From assembly GCA_009859145.1 (NCBI GenBank), contig VRVR01000002.1:318724-382723 (forward strand): DNA of 64,000 nucleotides, given 5' to 3'. This document shows positions 41,017 through 52,099 of the stretch, in pieces. The stretch is from Andalucia godoyi And28 (lineage: Eukaryota; Protista; Jakobida). How positions within the stretch are numbered: the first letter of the stretch is position 1; each line of letters begins with the position of its first letter. The translations under genes and the position numbers were made by a program. Below the pieces are notes generated by a model, which was not told where the DNA came from, searched no databases, and saw only the letters and a program-made list of their open reading frames with translations.

Positions 41017-41023
41017 TTTTTTT
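41017..41023 (+). terminator. RNA polymerase III oligo-T terminator
   Basis: Seven Ts starting 5 nt after the tRNA discriminator base. Confidence 0.75.
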
Positions 41024-41058
41024 CCCCCTTCCCGCCTTTTTTCTTGATGCTTGGAACG

Positions 41059-41441
41059 CGCCTGCACTGAACACTAACCACGGGAGAATCATCGCTGATC
41101 ACCCATAATCAATGCTGCAACCCAACAACATGCATAGCATGATTGGAAACGGGTAGGCCCCCAACACGCCCCTCGGCATGAGAGAGGTTCTTAAGATAGA
41201 TGTTACGTTGCATGGACAATAAGAATAAAAATAAAGAAATGGAATGAACGTCGCTGTGCGAGAATGCAACGCGGCGGCATATGTATAGGGATTTCATGGT
41301 CAAAATGGGGCGAAACGAATCGGGCATCGTGTGACGGAGCTGTGAAGAAAACCAACGCACGCGCATGGGCGCGTGGCAGTGTGCTTGTTTACGTGTGCTT
41401 TTTAGATTGCTTCATCATATCGCAATAAAGTGGCAACGGCA
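41059..41441 (-). repeat. Dispersed ~384-bp repeat, family A, copy 2 (inverted)
   Basis: Its reverse complement matches 655-1038. Confidence 0.95.
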
Positions 41442-41527
41442 TGAATGACTCGTGTCTTGCAGCCGGAGAAAGTTCTTGGGCACATGATTTTGTTCATTAT
41501 AATTATTTTAAAACAAAATAACAAACA

Positions 41528-43625
41528 TCAGGCGTGCTTGTCCAGTACCGAGGCAACGCAACTATCAAATGACGCAGCGAACTGCGACATCAGCATCTGA
41601 ACTTCCGTCATTTCACGGACAATTTTGGACATGAACGCCGAAGACGCGGCTGCAACGGGACGAACGGATTCCTGAGAGCACTTCCATCGAAAGACGCACA
41701 GAGAATTTCGCGGATCACCGTGAACCACTGGAGCATCCAAGTTGTCTTCATCTTCTTCGGGATTGTTGTCCGCAAGCCTGAGCGGTGACAAAGAACGATT
41801 CCATAAAAATGCTTTCGCATGCAAATTCTTGATGCTCGGCTCACTGGCATCCATGTCGTTAATTCTGCTCAGCCTGCTGAGCGAGCTCAGTATGAAAGCG
41901 TTGTCCGTTTTCCATTCTTCAGGAACGCTGATCACAGTCTCGTCTGCAGCAAGGACTCTACATATTTCCAAGATCAACGTGGTTCCCCAATTCTTGCAGT
42001 CCGCACGGAACACAATGTTTGGTACACCCTGCGGGAAATACTTCAAACGCAGGTTACGCAGGAATATGTCCGACACGCAAGTGCGAATGCAAGTCTTGCT
42101 GAACACACAGGTTGTCACGGCTCTGAAAGTACCGTCAAACGAGTGGCGAACGGATGGGAATTCGTCTTGAAATTGAAACCCGGATACGACGACGGTATCG
42201 GGGTGCAGCAACGAGATCTGAAAAACCCCATCTGTGCCGACATTATCCACTGGATCAGCCAATACTGACGGACGCAGTTGCTCGCTCAACACAGCAGCAC
42301 TCGCCGTTCCAGGAGAACCGATTCCATGTTCATTCTCAATCCAATCATCAGCTGTCTGCCTCTCGACATCCGAAATTTTCTGATGGTCCAGAAATTTCAA
42401 AGAGGGAAGATGCGCCATCAAACGAACTCGATGATCCGCATCAAGCATGTTCCCATCCAGCGACAGCTCTGCCAACGGCAGCTTGGCAGCATCCGGACTG
42501 CGAAGAGGCATGATCAGGCCGTTTAGGGATTGGAGATTTCGGATCATGTTGTTTGAGAGAAACAGACGAAGAAGCTTTGCATTTGTTTCCATAAAAAGGA
42601 CCTCTGAAATATGATTTCTTCGCAAATTCAGCTCCGTCAGCGACGGCATGTTCTTGATGAAATTGACACGCTCCAATTTGTTACCAGCAAGGTTCAAAAC
42701 TCGCAATTCGCTAAGCATGGAAAACGCTTCACCGTCAATTTCCGACACCTCATTTGAATGCAGATCCAGAACATCGAGGTACCGGCACCGCGAGAAGTGG
42801 TTGCGGCCAACGTACCGGATGCGATTCTTTCCGACCATCAGTACCCGGAGATACGGCAGCGAATCCAAGCCCGTCAAATCGTCTATCGCGTTTGAGAAAA
42901 GATCAAGGAATATAAGTTTGGACAAGTGCGGCTGCTGTGAAAAGGCGTTGCGCAGGCTGGTAATCGAATTGTTCTGCAAATTTAGCAGTTTCAGAGCCGT
43001 TTCCTCCTCGGAGATGCGAGGAACCGCAGAAAATCCGTGCCGATCGAGATTCAGCCGTTCTGGATTTCGAAGGCGCTCAGCTTCAGTTCGGAACGTTCTG
43101 CATACAAGGAGCGTAGAAAGGAAAATACGTAAAAAAACAGAATTACCCAACGCAAAGACGGAATTGCAAATGTAAGCATGCCGAACAACAGAGAAAACAC
43201 AAAGAACGATTTTCCCATGTAGGGCAATGCCAGCAATTAAAAGAAACACTGTGAAAAAGCACGACATACTCTGTTTTCCCAATGGATGCAGTATCTAGTG
43301 ACGGTGAAGTCCGTGAAGTCAAGGAAGTCGCATCAGCTGAACCGGAGTTATTTGTAAATGAAGAAACCGAAAACAGTGTGCTGGGGACTGGTCCTGCGAA
43401 TGATTGGGTGCGCACGATGCTTGCGGACTTGGGTCGGGTCGCAGAAGAAGCAGGTTGTCGCAGCAGAGACGATCCAGCGAGAACCGACTGCGGTTTCCCG
43501 TCGACGACAGCGAGAGAGCTAGACGCCGAACCTGCTGCAGCGTCTCCTCGGCTGACTCGAACGGTACCATAGGAATGTGACGACACACTCAACGACGACG
43601 ATGGTGCACGCTTTCGAGGGTCCAT
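41528..43625 (-). CDS. LRRC49: LRRC49-like leucine-rich repeat protein; two exons (43625-43270, 43097-41528)
   Basis: RLNLDR...LKLLNLQNNSI, LIFLDLFSN, LRVLMVGKNRI, LDVLDLHSN and LTELNLRRN. A 172-nt intron (GTATGT...GCAG) joins in phase 2. Confidence 0.82.
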
Positions 43626-43976
43626 CCCATCCACATAAGTATGCAAACTGTCTCTCTGTGTTTCGCTCTCTGTGCCTCTCTGTATTTTTTGAACTCCACC
43701 TCGGAATGGACTCCGGACTTATTGGACCATTGGAACTTTCTTTTGGGAATCGTCCGCAGTTTGACGGCGTGTCGACGCATGGCAACCCACCAACACCACC
43801 ATCACCATCCCATGTAATGCGCATGCTTTCGTGTTCCCCCCCATTCAGACTTGGAGTTTTCAGAAGCCGAAATGGAAATGCTGTACTCATTCTGCGTTTT
43901 ATCTCCCGTTTGTCACTGATTTCGTTGTCCGAGTTTTCTTTCTGCACGAACAGAACAGCGGACATTTCGTAGAACA

Positions 43977-46900
43977 ATGGCAACGCTGGACACGCTGCTC
44001 GCTCCGATATTTCTGGATGTTCATAGCGCTCCGCATTTTCTTGCGGCCTGTCGAGTGTACAAGGCTCCTTCGGTTTCTGCGGGGGTTTCCAGCATTCAAG
44101 ATCGGAAGATGGCATCGAAGTCTGTGCTTTCTCTTACGAAATTCCGAATTCTCGTTTTATTCCGAGACAAGAAAGACCAGCGAGTTCGACTGGCGAAATT
44201 GAAACCACGAACTCCCTCTGACTGGGCAGGCACGTTGGCCCCTCCTTTGACGGCATCACAAAAAGAAGATATTGTGGAGTCGTTTACCACGGATTCGAAA
44301 AAGGCGGTGAAGGGGTCGCATATCTGCGATCTTGTCGGGTCCCTAGATCTTCCAGAGGAAGTGGAGCAACGGCTTCACAAAGAGGTGTTTTGGAGATATA
44401 CGCATTCTTCCAAGACGGTTACCGACGCCTCGCTCTCGGACGAAATGAAGAGGAGGGCGCTGAGCATTGTTTTCCGAAATAAGAAGCCACTGAGGTTGGT
44501 ATGTGCCGTGCAGAGCGAAAGGGACTCTTTCGTGTCGTGCATCCTGTCTTTTGTCGAATCTCAGATTTCAATTCACGGTCTTGCTCCTTCGGTAGCTCTG
44601 GCGTCCACCGACGTTGCCGGAAGTGTCACAAAGCTCAGCCGCGTGTCTGCGGACACCCCGGTGAGGGCTTTGCTTTCCGAGTCCGATTCAAGGGATCTGG
44701 AAAACTTGCTGTCTTCCGATGTTTCCGATTTAGAAGCATCTGTCCTTCGGCTGTCGCAAGACTTATCGTCTCTTGAGTCCGCCAATATACATTCCATATT
44801 GTCCAGCGAATCTACGGTGAAGACGACAATTGTGAAGCCTTTGGACAGCTTGGTCCTTGCGTTGGACGATACGTCGGCCTATCTCGATCTTTATTCTGTG
44901 AAGTTGCATGTTCTGGGCCAGGATATGGCAGCGATTGAATCGCGAAACAACATGTTGCAAGTACGGGCTGCTAATCATTCAAAGCTGAAGAAGGTTCTGG
45001 ACGGACTGCTGGAACAGATCCGAATCGATGATTCATACAGAAAGGCGCTGTCAGGTGCGTCGAAAATGCTAGAAAAACTGAAGGCCGTCTTTGATTCCAT
45101 GAGTGGCAGTGCGGCTCCCATGGCGTCTGTTGCGGCAGTAGCATCGCGGGCGCTTGAGCAGTTTACGTTTGATGATGATGATGAGATTTCGGATCCGGAA
45201 AACGGTTCGGAGGTTTCTTCCAAGTTATTTGGGTCCAATTTGATGAGCGCGAACTGGTACAACGACTGGTTGTATCCAAAAGACTGGACGCGCCCTCGTC
45301 CCTCAGTCCCGCTGCTCCCTGCAGTTCTCGAGGGGGCAGTTGATCTGCAAAAGAAACTGGACTTGTTTCATTCAGACACTGCTCAATTTGTGGTTGAAGA
45401 CGTGCCGATCTGTTACAAACCTTTTCTCCGGATGGATGCTGTGCAGTCGCAGCTCGAAGACATGGCCCAGTTGCTGAATCTTGCTCGTGGAGCTGTTTCG
45501 CGATTTCTCGTACAATCCATTGACAAGGATGTCTTGGACTTTTCGGCTGCCTTGACGAAGAAGAAAGCCAAAGATGTCACTGATCTTGATAGACCGTTGA
45601 AGAACACAATTCGTTGGAAAAAGTATATGTTGTTGGTTCCTCTGTTGGAGAGCCTACGACGCGATCTTTCCCGGTTGCCGATACCGAAATCTGGAGAATT
45701 ACCAGGGGACATGGACGAGGATCACGAATCCGATTCTTACGCAGAGTTTCGTCTAGATGATGATGGATCTACCAGCGATGGTCACTGGACGGAAGCACCA
45801 CTCTGGGTGCCTATCGATCCTCTCATCACGTACGCGTCCCCAATTTCTGCCGTCTTCAAGAAGGACATTGAACGGCTGTTTTACGCTTTTTCAAAGAAGT
45901 TCCTCAAACCAGGAAGAAAAGATTCTGATCTGGGCTGCATTGTCTCACCGTCGAAAGGCACTGGCATACCGTCTCCGTGGGGGAATTTTACCATCAGCCC
46001 AGATTGCCCCGAGCTGCATCCATTCTCTGTTGTGCTGGTGCAGACGTCGAATGCCTCCCTTGATGCCGCCGTGGTGGCCAATCTCTCTTCCATTGGAGGT
46101 GGCAGTGGTGCTCACAAGAGAACTCGGTCGGATTCCAGCGATTCGACGGTTGCAGACCCGGATTTTGGTAAGGCAGAAGATCGACTCAGACCGGACGAGG
46201 CATTCTCACTTCTTCTTTCTGATTTGTCGTTTTCCATCCTTGGCGAGTACACGTTTCTTGGCATCTTTTTGCACGGCTATTCTCTCGTCCCGCTTGTTCG
46301 GAAACAGTTCCCCCCTGTGGCATTCAAAGAAATAGAAGGATTCCTTGATTTGGAGAGTACCCGTCAAACCCTCGAGAAGGTCGACCCTCTCATTGATGTG
46401 ATTTTCGTTGATGGCGTCCGTTCGTCCCTTCATGTTTTGATCGATTATTTCGAGAAGAAGGTCAACCGATTTTTTGCAATCCGCATGCTGGATGATCTTC
46501 GAAGTCGACTGATAGAAGCCCAGAAGAAGAATCTCGTCGGATTGTCTCGAGTCTACACAGAGATACAGCTGTCGTTGCGGAACGTTCTGAACACAGTGGT
46601 GGACAAGATGTGCGATCAAGTGAAATTATACGGAATGCCAGTCAAGCGAGTCGGCCTTGCCCCTTATGTTGTCACGTTCGGGTCTTTCATGGAATACTTG
46701 ATGACTCTTGCGTACGGCGACAAGCGCGGTGCCAACGAAGATGAGAGCATTGTTTGCGACATTATCACTAAATACGGCAGAATCATGCTTGATAGGCTCC
46801 GGGATCTCGCAAGCGCGGACCTAAAGTATGGCGACACATTTCTGCTGGAAAATCTCTATTTCTTCTCACATTCCCTGGGGTCTCGGTTCAAAGTTTCTTT

Positions 46901-47480
46901 ATCCGATTGTCGTTCTATGCTCGGAAAAGACGAAGTCAGAACCAAGAGCAAAGCAAGACCGCCGTCGGTGCTCTTGCGGTACATGATAGAATCCTTTGAA
47001 GTTGCGGTACAGTCTCGAGATAAGGTTGTCCGAGCACAATTGTCTCATCGATTTGGAAAAGTTGTGGCGTTTTTCGAGGGCGTAGACAAGCTGCTCTCCC
47101 AGGGGTTTCCTCCAGAGGAAGTTGCATTCCAGCTTGAATTTTCTCGTCAGAAACTGACAGAAGCTGTGCTTCCACTTATTCAAAACAAATCCGTGGTCGA
47201 GCAAGCCGTGAAGGAGCTGCGCGACCGCATGTTTAACAAGCACATTACTTCGGGCAAACTCTACAGCAGAGACCGCAAACAAGGCACCGTTGGCGACACA
47301 GGCGACTGGAACAGCGATGTACAATCATGGGTCTGGGAAAAGCTCCGAGTGTTCATGTGCGATTCCCTCAAGACATGGGAAAGAATTGTGGAACGTTGTT
47401 ATCCTGGAGTCAAATTCCCTGTCCGCCCAGAAGACGTAAGGAACGTCTTGACCAATGCAGGTGCATTCGACAAAATTTGA
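43977..47480 (+). CDS. SEC3: Exocyst subunit Sec3/EXOC1
   Basis: N-terminal PH-like region, LESANIHSILSSE, IESRNNMLQVRAANHSKL, and C-terminal LENLYFF and PEEVAFQLEFSRQKL. Confidence 0.88.
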   Translation: MATLDTLLAPIFLDVHSAPHFLAACRVYKAPSVSAGVSSIQDRKMASKSVLSLTKFRILVLFRDKKDQRVRLAKLKPRTPSDWAGTLAPPLTASQKEDIVESFTTDSKKAVKGSHICDLVGSLDLPEEVEQRLHKEVFWRYTHSSKTVTDASLSDEMKRRALSIVFRNKKPLRLVCAVQSERDSFVSCILSFVESQISIHGLAPSVALASTDVAGSVTKLSRVSADTPVRALLSESDSRDLENLLSSDVSDLEASVLRLSQDLSSLESANIHSILSSESTVKTTIVKPLDSLVLALDDTSAYLDLYSVKLHVLGQDMAAIESRNNMLQVRAANHSKLKKVLDGLLEQIRIDDSYRKALSGASKMLEKLKAVFDSMSGSAAPMASVAAVASRALEQFTFDDDDEISDPENGSEVSSKLFGSNLMSANWYNDWLYPKDWTRPRPSVPLLPAVLEGAVDLQKKLDLFHSDTAQFVVEDVPICYKPFLRMDAVQSQLEDMAQLLNLARGAVSRFLVQSIDKDVLDFSAALTKKKAKDVTDLDRPLKNTIRWKKYMLLVPLLESLRRDLSRLPIPKSGELPGDMDEDHESDSYAEFRLDDDGSTSDGHWTEAPLWVPIDPLITYASPISAVFKKDIERLFYAFSKKFLKPGRKDSDLGCIVSPSKGTGIPSPWGNFTISPDCPELHPFSVVLVQTSNASLDAAVVANLSSIGGGSGAHKRTRSDSSDSTVADPDFGKAEDRLRPDEAFSLLLSDLSFSILGEYTFLGIFLHGYSLVPLVRKQFPPVAFKEIEGFLDLESTRQTLEKVDPLIDVIFVDGVRSSLHVLIDYFEKKVNRFFAIRMLDDLRSRLIEAQKKNLVGLSRVYTEIQLSLRNVLNTVVDKMCDQVKLYGMPVKRVGLAPYVVTFGSFMEYLMTLAYGDKRGANEDESIVCDIITKYGRIMLDRLRDLASADLKYGDTFLLENLYFFSHSLGSRFKVSLSDCRSMLGKDEVRTKSKARPPSVLLRYMIESFEVAVQSRDKVVRAQLSHRFGKVVAFFEGVDKLLSQGFPPEEVAFQLEFSRQKLTEAVLPLIQNKSVVEQAVKELRDRMFNKHITSGKLYSRDRKQGTVGDTGDWNSDVQSWVWEKLRVFMCDSLKTWERIVERCYPGVKFPVRPEDVRNVLTNAGAFDKI

Positions 47481-47575
47481 TACTGCGTATGATGTCCTGG
47501 ATGTCCGGCGGGATAGGAAAGTATTTAAGAAAGAAAGAACGAAAAACCCCATCCCATCTCTCGTGCATGTGTGAG

Positions 47576-49327
47576 CTAGGCATTTGATCGATGTTGCAGA
47601 CGGGCAAGCCGTGAATGCACATCCGTTTCTATTCCAAAATCCTGTTGAACTAAAGAACAAAACAGATGGACGATCTCCTTCTCGGATTCCGAGGAGGAGA
47701 AACCAGATCTGCTTCCCAAAGCCTCGACAATCTTGTCCGTGATTACGCTAACGGTCAGATCATCCGCCCACCTTGCGTCTTCAACATCAAGACGAAGAAT
47801 ACCAAAGTCAACACGCGGAGTGATTGCATGTGTCGTCTTTCGCGAGTGCACTAACGCCTGCGCCTTGTCGATCACAAACAAATACACAATCTTTTCATAC
47901 TGATCTGCTGCCGTATTGAAGGCTGAGCGTTGCATTTCCGAGAAAACCTCGGTAACTGGAGATGGGAGGTCCATCAGCAACCGTGACATGGACTTCGAAA
48001 TGATGAACATTGAGGAAACAACCGACACTGCAGCACGGAAGCGCTCGTCGGATATGTGCTTCGACTGCCTCTCCATTGGCAGTGATGTAATCAACTCCCG
48101 AATATACTTGGAAAAGAACGGTAAAGTCACCGACTGGTGCATCTCCAGCATGGCGGTCTCCGACACAAAGCTATATCGCTCAATAAAATCGCGGATGGTG
48201 GACATAAATACAGCCGCATCGCAACCATCCACGATTGAGATCGACCATGCCGTATCTTCTTGCTTCCAAAGAGAGAACAGCATTGTGGATTTTAGATTGG
48301 AGAAAACACGTAGCGATAACCGCGAAATCTGGTTCTCTGCGATCTCGAATTTCGACATCAAGGCGCTGAATGACACTTCAAATTCACAGAGGACATTGAT
48401 GAAAGATATGGATTCATCACGAGGAAAGGATGCGGCACGAAGTTCATCGAGAAACTCCTCTGCAAGACAAAGAAACAGCACATTCAAAAAGGACAGCACA
48501 TCGCCAGCATAACTGTGTGTTCTGAAGAAATCAAGCCATGCTTCAGTGATGTCCAGCAATTCCAGAAATCCCATTTCAGAAACGCGGTAGATCAGATTCT
48601 GGTGCGGAGAAAAGACTTTTGACACGATATTCAAGATGACCCAGCGAATGCCGATGAAGGATTCCACTCCCCCATGTCTCCATCCAGGAACCTGCAATTC
48701 CGCGCCGCACAATGCAGAGGCATAGCCAACGTCTTGCAGCAATGCAAACACTTCGGATGATCGATCGGAGGGCAGAAGCAGATCTTCTGCAACATAACTG
48801 AGAATTGAAAACCGAGTGTTATAGAATCGGCAAACATGCGACGCAAACTGTTTGAGAACAGGGAGCTGCGCAACGGATGCAGCGCCGTACTTCCTTAGCG
48901 CAGCGCATGCACGTGTAAAAACGGCCAACTTTTCGTCCTCGCTGGTTTGGTCTTCCCAATCCTTGCACAGACTTTCAATCTTTGCAAAATCTGAATGCAA
49001 GACGTCTCTTTCTGCTTCAAACTGCGCCGTGAGAAACTCCTTTCGTGCAGCAGCGAGGCTTCGATGCACACTGTAGAAATGGGACGTTTCGTCTGCGAGC
49101 ATTGGATGCAAGTTTTCTGTTAAACCGGACAGATCTCTCTTGATCGCCACCAAGCAAGAAGACAACGACACAAGCGCGTTCACTCGATTTCTAAGATGTG
49201 CAATAAAGTCTCGCACTTCCAGATGCAACGTGTCCATCGAAGCAGCATGTTCTGCTTCCAGCCTCTCCTTTTCCAGCACATTCTCCCGCAACTGAGCGTC
49301 CAATCCTGACGTTGCAGATCCCTTCAT
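47576..49327 (-). CDS. Divergent RINT1/Tip20-like tethering protein (tentative)
   Basis: N-terminal coiled coil followed by a helical body. The size and a ...WLDFF...FLN...EF pattern are reminiscent of RINT1, but the match is weak. Confidence 0.45.
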   Translation of the reverse strand: MKGSATSGLDAQLRENVLEKERLEAEHAASMDTLHLEVRDFIAHLRNRVNALVSLSSCLVAIKRDLSGLTENLHPMLADETSHFYSVHRSLAAARKEFLTAQFEAERDVLHSDFAKIESLCKDWEDQTSEDEKLAVFTRACAALRKYGAASVAQLPVLKQFASHVCRFYNTRFSILSYVAEDLLLPSDRSSEVFALLQDVGYASALCGAELQVPGWRHGGVESFIGIRWVILNIVSKVFSPHQNLIYRVSEMGFLELLDITEAWLDFFRTHSYAGDVLSFLNVLFLCLAEEFLDELRAASFPRDESISFINVLCEFEVSFSALMSKFEIAENQISRLSLRVFSNLKSTMLFSLWKQEDTAWSISIVDGCDAAVFMSTIRDFIERYSFVSETAMLEMHQSVTLPFFSKYIRELITSLPMERQSKHISDERFRAAVSVVSSMFIISKSMSRLLMDLPSPVTEVFSEMQRSAFNTAADQYEKIVYLFVIDKAQALVHSRKTTHAITPRVDFGILRLDVEDARWADDLTVSVITDKIVEALGSRSGFSSSESEKEIVHLFCSLVQQDFGIETDVHSRLARLQHRSNA

Positions 49328-49796
49328 GAGCACCCTGACACAACTTAACACCAGATAAAGGAAGAACAAACCTCAAAAAATAATAATTAAATAATCGACG
49401 GATTCCTGCTGTGCTGCAACAGACACGAAAAGCGCTTCCGGTTTTTTAAACATGCACACACACACGCGCAGAGATATCGCCAGTCGTCGACCGTCCTCAC
49501 CTTGCCCGCGCCCGCCACTTCTCCAGCTTTTCCTTTTGATGCTTTGAATTCCAAAATCCAATTGCAAAGTAACTCCATTTTCAGGTTTTCAGGTTTTCAG
49601 GTTTTCTCATAATCTCATTGTTCGTTTTCCCATCTTTAGTTCCTTCTTTTTTATAATTAAAAAATATAAATTACATATTATCTAAAAAGAAACCACCGTT
49701 ACCGCTACCGACCAGTTAGCTATATACCTCCGACTCTGGTCAGTTGGGGCATTTTCCTTCAAAGATTCTTATTCTGCTCGCTTGGACGCATCCTTC

Positions 49797-51669
49797 ATGA
49801 TGACATCCGAGGATCAATCGCTGTTCTTTTGTTCACAAGCAACATCAGCAGGAGCAGGAGGAGCAACGCAATCGCAGATTCTCCTTCCAACGATGCCCAT
49901 GGACGAAAACGAAGACGTACGTGTTCTCTCTCTCTCTCTCTCTCTCGCCCTCGATTTGTATCCGAAGGGGAAGAAATACATCATCATGTCGGTTCTAAGT
50001 CTCATTCTGGTTTCCCCTATTGGATGCTTTCCCCCTCTTTTTCTTCCTTCTTCTTCAGTTCGAGGTCCGCGCCATTGAGGGATGTTGGTATTCGTTTCAG
50101 TCACACAAGGAAATTGACGAAGAGCTTCTTGCAGATTCGTGTTTTTTCCAAGCCACGAGTCGCTGTTTGTCGTACAAGGACACAAAAGGACGGATCAACG
50201 TTGGACTGCTCAGGATTGCTGCGAATGCCATCCGAAGCGGCGAGTTGTATCTCGATGTCTCTGATGAAGTCGTTTCCAGAGTAGAAGCGCTGTTGTCAGC
50301 TCTGGAGGGGGACGTTTGCAAAATTCGAAAAGGAACATTCAAGCCAATTGTTCTGGCTGGAAAATCTGCCAGAGAGGTGGAAGAAGAAGAGAAGGCGGCT
50401 AAGAACAGAAAGAGTAGGAATAGTCGATCGAAACAAACTTATGACACTGATGAGCAATTCAGTGACGAGGCTGATGCCGAACCACGGTCTTCTCGCACTC
50501 GCGAGCATCGGCAAAACAGAAAAACGAAAAGAAGCAGGGCGCGAGGGCTTTCGGACGACGAGGGGATATCGGGTTCGGGAGAGTCGTCGAGCGGTGGTGA
50601 TTCCGATGGTGATAATAACAGTAACACTGATGATGGTGATCATCATGGCGACGGCGACGGCGACGGCGACGATGGTCTGGACTCGGATTCCTCGGGCTCC
50701 AACAGTGGTCGATCATCTCAGCCGCCTCGCCGCAGAGAAAGATCGTTTGGAGGGCAACGGCAGGAAAGGGAATTTAAAAAGAACGTTTGCGAAGCACACT
50801 ATGAAACGATTCGCCAGATCCGGGAGACAAAAATTGACGAATTTTACAACTCGCAATGTTCGCAGAAGAAGACCGTCGATCTACTTTCTCTAACATCCAA
50901 GTTGACGGAGCGACGACCGTCAGTACTCCGGGGATCCCAGGTGCCTCTGAAAGGCAAGAACTCCGGCAGCTTTCTGGTCCTTGACGAAGAAGAGCTACTA
51001 GAGGTTGCAAGCGAGTGCAGCGAACCACCTGGTCCTCCGCCTTCTCGGAAACGGATGACCCCGGACGATGAAGTTTCAATGTCCGGATTTGAGGACGCGC
51101 GGCAATCGACTGCGAGTAAGCGTGTAAGAAAAAGCACGGAATCTCTCTTGCCGAGTGACGATGAGCAACCCATGGAGTCGATTGTGGATTTGGAGAAACG
51201 CGTCATGAAGTCACGGGTGTTGTCGCAGTCCAGCACGCACTCGCAAGCCTTGATAGAAGATCTTTCGCAGAACATGTTCCATTCACAAGCGTCGTTGGGC
51301 AGCCAATCCAACCTGCTGACCCATACCCGTTCCGCATCCTCATCCGCAGGCTCCCGACCACTTTCTGCTGGACTGGACAACCCCAAGTTTGGAAAAGCAT
51401 CTTCATCATCATCATCTTCTTCTTCCTCCTCCTCCTCCTCTTCTTCTTCTTCTTCAAGCGGGTTCGCTTTCAGCCTCTTCGGTACAACACCAAAGTCTTC
51501 TTCACAGCCTGTCAAGAGTTCTCTGTTTGGATCGCAATCACGATCGTCGTTTTGCGACAAGACCGTGCCCGTCGAAATCCTGCGGTCGGCATCGCAGTCG
51601 GCCACGAAATTCGTTATATTCGACAAATCATCCAATCCTCCCCGTCAAGACTCCGCAATGAGGACATAG
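49797..51669 (+). CDS. Hypothetical, largely disordered SQ/TQ-rich protein with spliced 5' end
   Basis: Exon 49797-49916 (donor GTACGT), optional 24-nt exon 49968-49991, and acceptor CAG at 50058. All junctions are phase 0 with the 549-aa ORF. Confidence 0.65.
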
Positions 51670-52099
51670 ATCCTTTTCATTTTCAAGTTTTATTTCTATT
51701 TCTGTTCTCTCTCCATTTTTCGCTTCCTGCAAAGAGTCGGAATTGATGTAAAGTTATTTTGTGCGTCAGCTAAAGCAAAAACACAGCATGAAAAACAACC
51801 GAAGCACAATCGTAGACTGCGGAGAGGCAAGTTTCGCTCTGCAATTCTGCTGCATGCCGAGACGGGCAGAACTGGAGGGTCCGTGTTTTCGTGCGACAAA
51901 AGCCAACAAGAAGCAAACAAGCAAAAAGAAGCGCCAGGACGCACACGTTCATTGATGCAGATTTTTATTTTTTAAATTTGTTTTCGTGGCGCTTGTCGAA
52001 TTGTATACGACGTCCTGGCACTTCGCTTCTGTTGGTTGCGTCTGTTTTCTTTAGGAAGAGGTAAGTACGTAGCAACGGATTTTAATTTTTTTTCCCCTC

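Noticed and set aside
43648-43965. Extra 5' exon for LRRC49 (MSAVLFVQKENSD...)
   Set aside because: It is phase-compatible, but the intron is purine-rich with a weak donor, and the ATG would lie only 12 bp from the divergent Sec3 ATG.
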